This document shows, piece after piece, positions 26,459 through 30,562 of a stretch of 30,562 nt of DNA. The notes beneath the pieces were generated by a model that was given only the letters and a program-made list of their open reading frames with translations, was not told where the DNA came from and ran no database searches. Within the stretch, counting starts at the first letter, position 1; every line of letters starts with the position of its first letter. The position numbers were made by a program, and so were the translations under genes. This DNA comes from a virus (Duplodnaviria > Heunggongvirae > Uroviricota > Caudoviricetes): IMG/VR virus record IMGVR_UViG_2703718870_000021, one strand, 5' to 3'.

Positions 26459-27541
26459 ATGAAAAAATTAACAGTGGCAATTTCTGCTGTAGCTGCATCA
26501 GTACTGATGGCGATGTCTGCTCAGGCAGCTGAAATTTATAATAAAGACAGTAACAAGCTGGATCTATATGGGAAAGTTAATGCCAAGCACTACTTCTCCT
26601 CTAATGATGCAGATGATGGTGATACTACTTATGCCCGTCTTGGCTTCAAAGGTGAAACCCAAATCAACGATCAACTGACTGGTTTCGGTCAGTGGGAATA
26701 TGAATTCAAAGGCAACCGCGCTGAATCTCAAGGCTCCTCCAAAGACAAAACCCGTCTTGCATTTGCAGGCCTGAAATTCGGGGACTACGGCTCAATCGAT
26801 TACGGCCGTAACTACGGTGTAGCATATGACATCGGTGCGTGGACTGACGTTCTGCCAGAATTCGGTGGCGATACCTGGACCCAAACAGATGTGTTCATGA
26901 CTGGTCGCACCACTGGTGTTGCAACTTATCGTAACAACGACTTCTTTGGTCTGGTTGATGGTCTGAACTTTGCTGCTCAGTATCAGGGTAAAAATGACCG
27001 CACTGACGTAACTGAAGCTAATGGTGATGGTTTCGGTTTCTCCACTACTTATGAGTATGAAGGATTCGGTGTAGGTGCAACCTATGCTAAATCTGACCGC
27101 ACTAATAATCAGGTTATCTACGGTAACAACAGCCTGAATGCATCTGGTCAAAATGCTGAAGTATGGGCAGCTGGTCTGAAATATGATGCGAACAACATCT
27201 ATCTGGCTACCACCTATTCTGAAACCCAGAACATGACTGTTTTTGGTAATAACCATATTGCCAACAAAGCACAAAACTTCGAAGTAGTTGCACAATATCA
27301 GTTCGACTTCGGTCTGCGTCCATCCGTTGCTTACCTGCAATCTAAAGGAAAAGACTTGGGTGCGTGGGGTGATCAGGACCTGGTTGAATATATTGATGTA
27401 GGTGCAACCTATTACTTCAACAAAAATATGTCCACTTTTGTTGATTACAAAATCAACCTGATTGATAAGAGCGATTTCACGAAAGCATCTGGCGTTGCTA
27501 CCGATGATATCGTTGCTGTAGGTATGGTTTACCAGTTCTAA
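26459..27541 (+). CDS. nmpC: OmpC-family general porin (prophage-encoded NmpC/Lc-like)
   Basis: 360-aa ORF with signal peptide [30 protein letters not shown] and C-terminal ...VAVGMVYQF; recognised as the OmpC/OmpF/PhoE family. Confidence 0.95.
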   Translation: MKKLTVAISAVAASVLMAMSAQAAEIYNKDSNKLDLYGKVNAKHYFSSNDADDGDTTYARLGFKGETQINDQLTGFGQWEYEFKGNRAESQGSSKDKTRLAFAGLKFGDYGSIDYGRNYGVAYDIGAWTDVLPEFGGDTWTQTDVFMTGRTTGVATYRNNDFFGLVDGLNFAAQYQGKNDRTDVTEANGDGFGFSTTYEYEGFGVGATYAKSDRTNNQVIYGNNSLNASGQNAEVWAAGLKYDANNIYLATTYSETQNMTVFGNNHIANKAQNFEVVAQYQFDFGLRPSVAYLQSKGKDLGAWGDQDLVEYIDVGATYYFNKNMSTFVDYKINLIDKSDFTKASGVATDDIVAVGMVYQF

Positions 27542-27563
27542 TTTGATTACTAAAAGATATGTT

Positions 27564-27612
27564 GCGGGAGGCTTTGCCTCCCCAACATATAAGTGGCTCC
27601 CTCAAGCCACTT
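27564..27612 (+). other. two tandem stem-loops directly after the porin stop (3' stabiliser / weak terminator)
   Basis: gggaggc-ttt-gcctccc (27566-27582, extendable with one bulge) and aagtggct-ccctca-agccactt (27591-27612); neither has a strong U-tract. Confidence 0.4.
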
Positions 27613-27672
27613 CCTTTAGGAGCACAACCTTGCTTCTAACTATATAAACCTTCTGTTATATATTACCCTTTA

Positions 27673-27702
27673 TTTTTGGGGGCGTTGCAACGCCCCATTT
27701 TT
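27673..27702 (+). terminator. intrinsic terminator: 18-bp perfect palindrome GGGGCGTTGCAACGCCCC followed by ATTTTT
   Basis: palindrome at 27679-27696 flanked by T-runs; the U-tract follows on the plus strand only, so it terminates porin-direction transcription before Q. Confidence 0.5.
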
Positions 27703-27729
27703 AATAATTTTTAGTAAACAATTGGCATA

Positions 27730-28113
27730 TTAATTAGAGTTATTAACAACGATATCCATCTCTAACCGGATATCTAATGCCATTAACATCCCTTCAATTA
27801 TGCCCTCAGCCTTCTGTAACCTTTTCCCGATATAACCATCAGAGCAGCAATGCTTACCTGCCAGTGACATGAATGTCATACCGACTACATAATAATCTAC
27901 TAATAAATCGTGCAAATCGCTGTTGTTCTTTTTCAGACGGGCCATGCACCCGCAAATAATCATCGCGTCATCGTCACAACATTGCGGGCGAGATTTTACT
28001 TTTGAAGTAATTAATCCCTTAAAACCGGCGGCAATGGACGACCAGGTCACATCTTCATGATTATTAGCCGCCCACGCTCCCCAACGCTCAAGAACCATCT
28101 GAATATCACGCAT
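27730..28113 (-). CDS. Q: late-gene antiterminator Q (phage 21/82-type, QuuD-like)
   Basis: 127-aa product [24 protein letters not shown]... with Cys-rich zinc-binding region; ATG at 28113 preceded by GGAG; the ORF track start at 28128 is a TTG. Confidence 0.85.
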   Translation of the reverse strand: MRDIQMVLERWGAWAANNHEDVTWSSIAAGFKGLITSKVKSRPQCCDDDAMIICGCMARLKKNNSDLHDLLVDYYVVGMTFMSLAGKHCCSDGYIGKRLQKAEGIIEGMLMALDIRLEMDIVVNNSN

Positions 28114-28335
28114 CAACTTACTCCACAAAAATCAGACCAGAACGCCAATTACAAGCAAAAATCAACAAAACAGTATTAGTTGATTGTTATCTCTGACTTC
28201 ATACTCCTGCTCCTGTCAGGGTTTTGGCGTAATTCTTCAGTATTCGGTAATCGGTCAAAACAGAACCGGGGAAACGATATAAGCGCAGATGCCCCCAGCG
28301 GTGGCGAAGAAGTTCTGCCATATAAAACTCAAACA

Positions 28336-28698
28336 TCATTCATTCCCCATTTCGGTGATGGTCAGTTCCAGCCTCCCACCTTTGGTAACAGGCATCTTCA
28401 CAACGCGGTAATCAACGACCTGAGCATCATCCAGCCAGAAACCTGCTTTGGTGAGTGCGTCAAAAGCGGCTTTTTGCAGATTATCCAGGTCACGGCGACG
28501 GCGATCCGGCATGTGGCACTCAATGCGGATTTTCACAGGCATAGCCAGGCCGATATCCAGCATTGCGTTTTTAATGATTCGGGCGACGTTATCGCGGTAT
28601 GCCTGCCCCTCTGCACTGACGTGCGTGCGCCCGCGATTATGGCGGTAATAGCGATTATTGCTCGGAGGCCAGGGTAATGTGATACTGTAGGTATTCAC
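28336..28698 (-). CDS. rusA: Holliday junction resolvase RusA
   Basis: 120-aa [53 protein letters not shown]...; recognised as E. coli RusA; GTG start overlapping the ybcO stop (GTGA). Confidence 0.95.
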   Translation of the reverse strand: MNTYSITLPWPPSNNRYYRHNRGRTHVSAEGQAYRDNVARIIKNAMLDIGLAMPVKIRIECHMPDRRRRDLDNLQKAAFDALTKAGFWLDDAQVVDYRVVKMPVTKGGRLELTITEMGNE

Positions 28699-28985
28699 GC
28701 CTTAATAACCCCCTCTTTCAGCCAGATAACCTGTGTTCTCGCCATACCTTCCAGCGCGCATTCTTTTGCATATGCAGCATCGACAAAATGTGTGCGGCGG
28801 TCGATTTCGTCGTGGCAGGCAGAACATGCAATGGTGGCAATCAGGTCTGGCGGTTTGATACCGGTACCGCACAATCCAGCCAGCCGGATATGTGCCAGTA
28901 CAGACGTTTCAGAATTGCCATTACATACGCCAGGGATTCTTACCTGGCATTCCCGACCACGCGCTGCTTTTCTCAAATCAGCCAT
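28695..28985 (-). CDS. ybcO: YbcO-like nin-region protein (DUF1364, putative metal-binding nuclease)
   Basis: 96-aa product [24 protein letters not shown]... with four Cys; ATG at 28985 preceded by GGAGG; the ORF track extends 13 codons upstream. Confidence 0.85.
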   Translation of the reverse strand: MADLRKAARGRECQVRIPGVCNGNSETSVLAHIRLAGLCGTGIKPPDLIATIACSACHDEIDRRTHFVDAAYAKECALEGMARTQVIWLKEGVIKA

Positions 28986-29148
28986 GATTCCTCCTTGCTG
29001 CCAGTCGCAACCATTTTTTATCAACCAGGCTAGCGGTATATCCGAGCAGTGTTGGTATTTCGGATGGCTTCAGCTCAGGCTTACGCTTACGACGATTTGA
29101 TACTCTGTAGATGTGTCCGTTCATGACACGAATAAGCGGTGTAGCCAT
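28978..29148 (-). CDS. ninE: NinE
   Basis: 56-aa [59 protein letters not shown], not in the ORF track (below 60 aa); GGAGG before the ATG at 29148; stop overlaps the ybcO start. Confidence 0.8.
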   Translation of the reverse strand: MATPLIRVMNGHIYRVSNRRKRKPELKPSEIPTLLGYTASLVDKKWLRLAARRNHG

Positions 29149-29150
29149 TA

Positions 29151-30562
<1,412 letters not shown>

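Noticed and set aside
27542-27729. Possible tRNA between Q and the porin gene (Stx-type phages carry tRNAs after Q)
   Set aside because: Only short hairpins and a palindrome are present; nothing resembling a cloverleaf with acceptor stem and T-arm
28199-28321. Possible 40-aa minus-strand ORF (MAELLRHRWGHLRLYRFPGSVLTDYRILKNYAKTLTGAGV) between rusA and Q, roughly where DLP12 has ylcG
   Set aside because: No Shine-Dalgarno sequence before the ATG and I cannot confirm similarity to YlcG from memory; left unannotated
28180-28677. 165-aa plus-strand ORF antisense to rusA
   Set aside because: Overlaps rusA on the opposite strand, and the rusA product is a confident match; no independent signals

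Overview
This window is almost entirely one lambdoid prophage, with the late operon on the minus strand. It carries a complete lambda-type packaging, head and tail module (Nu1, A, W, B, C/Nu3, D, E, FI, FII, Z, U, V, G/GT, H, M, L, K, I, J, lom, stf, tfa) with the cos site in the middle of the window (cosN 12-nt cohesive end at 23608-23619). To the right of cos are moron-type genes on the plus strand (a small ylcI-like ORF, bor), then a phage-21/DLP12-type lysis cassette (pinholin S, SAR endolysin R, Rz with nested Rz1), an OmpC-family porin gene (nmpC/Lc-like) convergent with the late operon, the antiterminator Q, and a nin-region remnant (rusA, ybcO, ninE). An IS3-family insertion sequence (orfA/orfB with an A6G slippery site) cuts the nin region at about 29313 and runs off the window end, so integrase, immunity and replication genes are not present here. 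Protein identifications rest on recognition of the translated ORFs against remembered lambda, phage 21 and E. coli K-12 cryptic-prophage proteins; no database search was run. I did not find a clearly novel system: the most interesting points are regulatory and architectural (a perfect Fur-box-like palindrome beside cos, a small ribbon-helix-helix-like ORF, unresolved placement of the late promoter relative to the porin moron, and an enlarged repeat-rich side tail fibre). No CRISPR array, tRNA or rRNA was seen.
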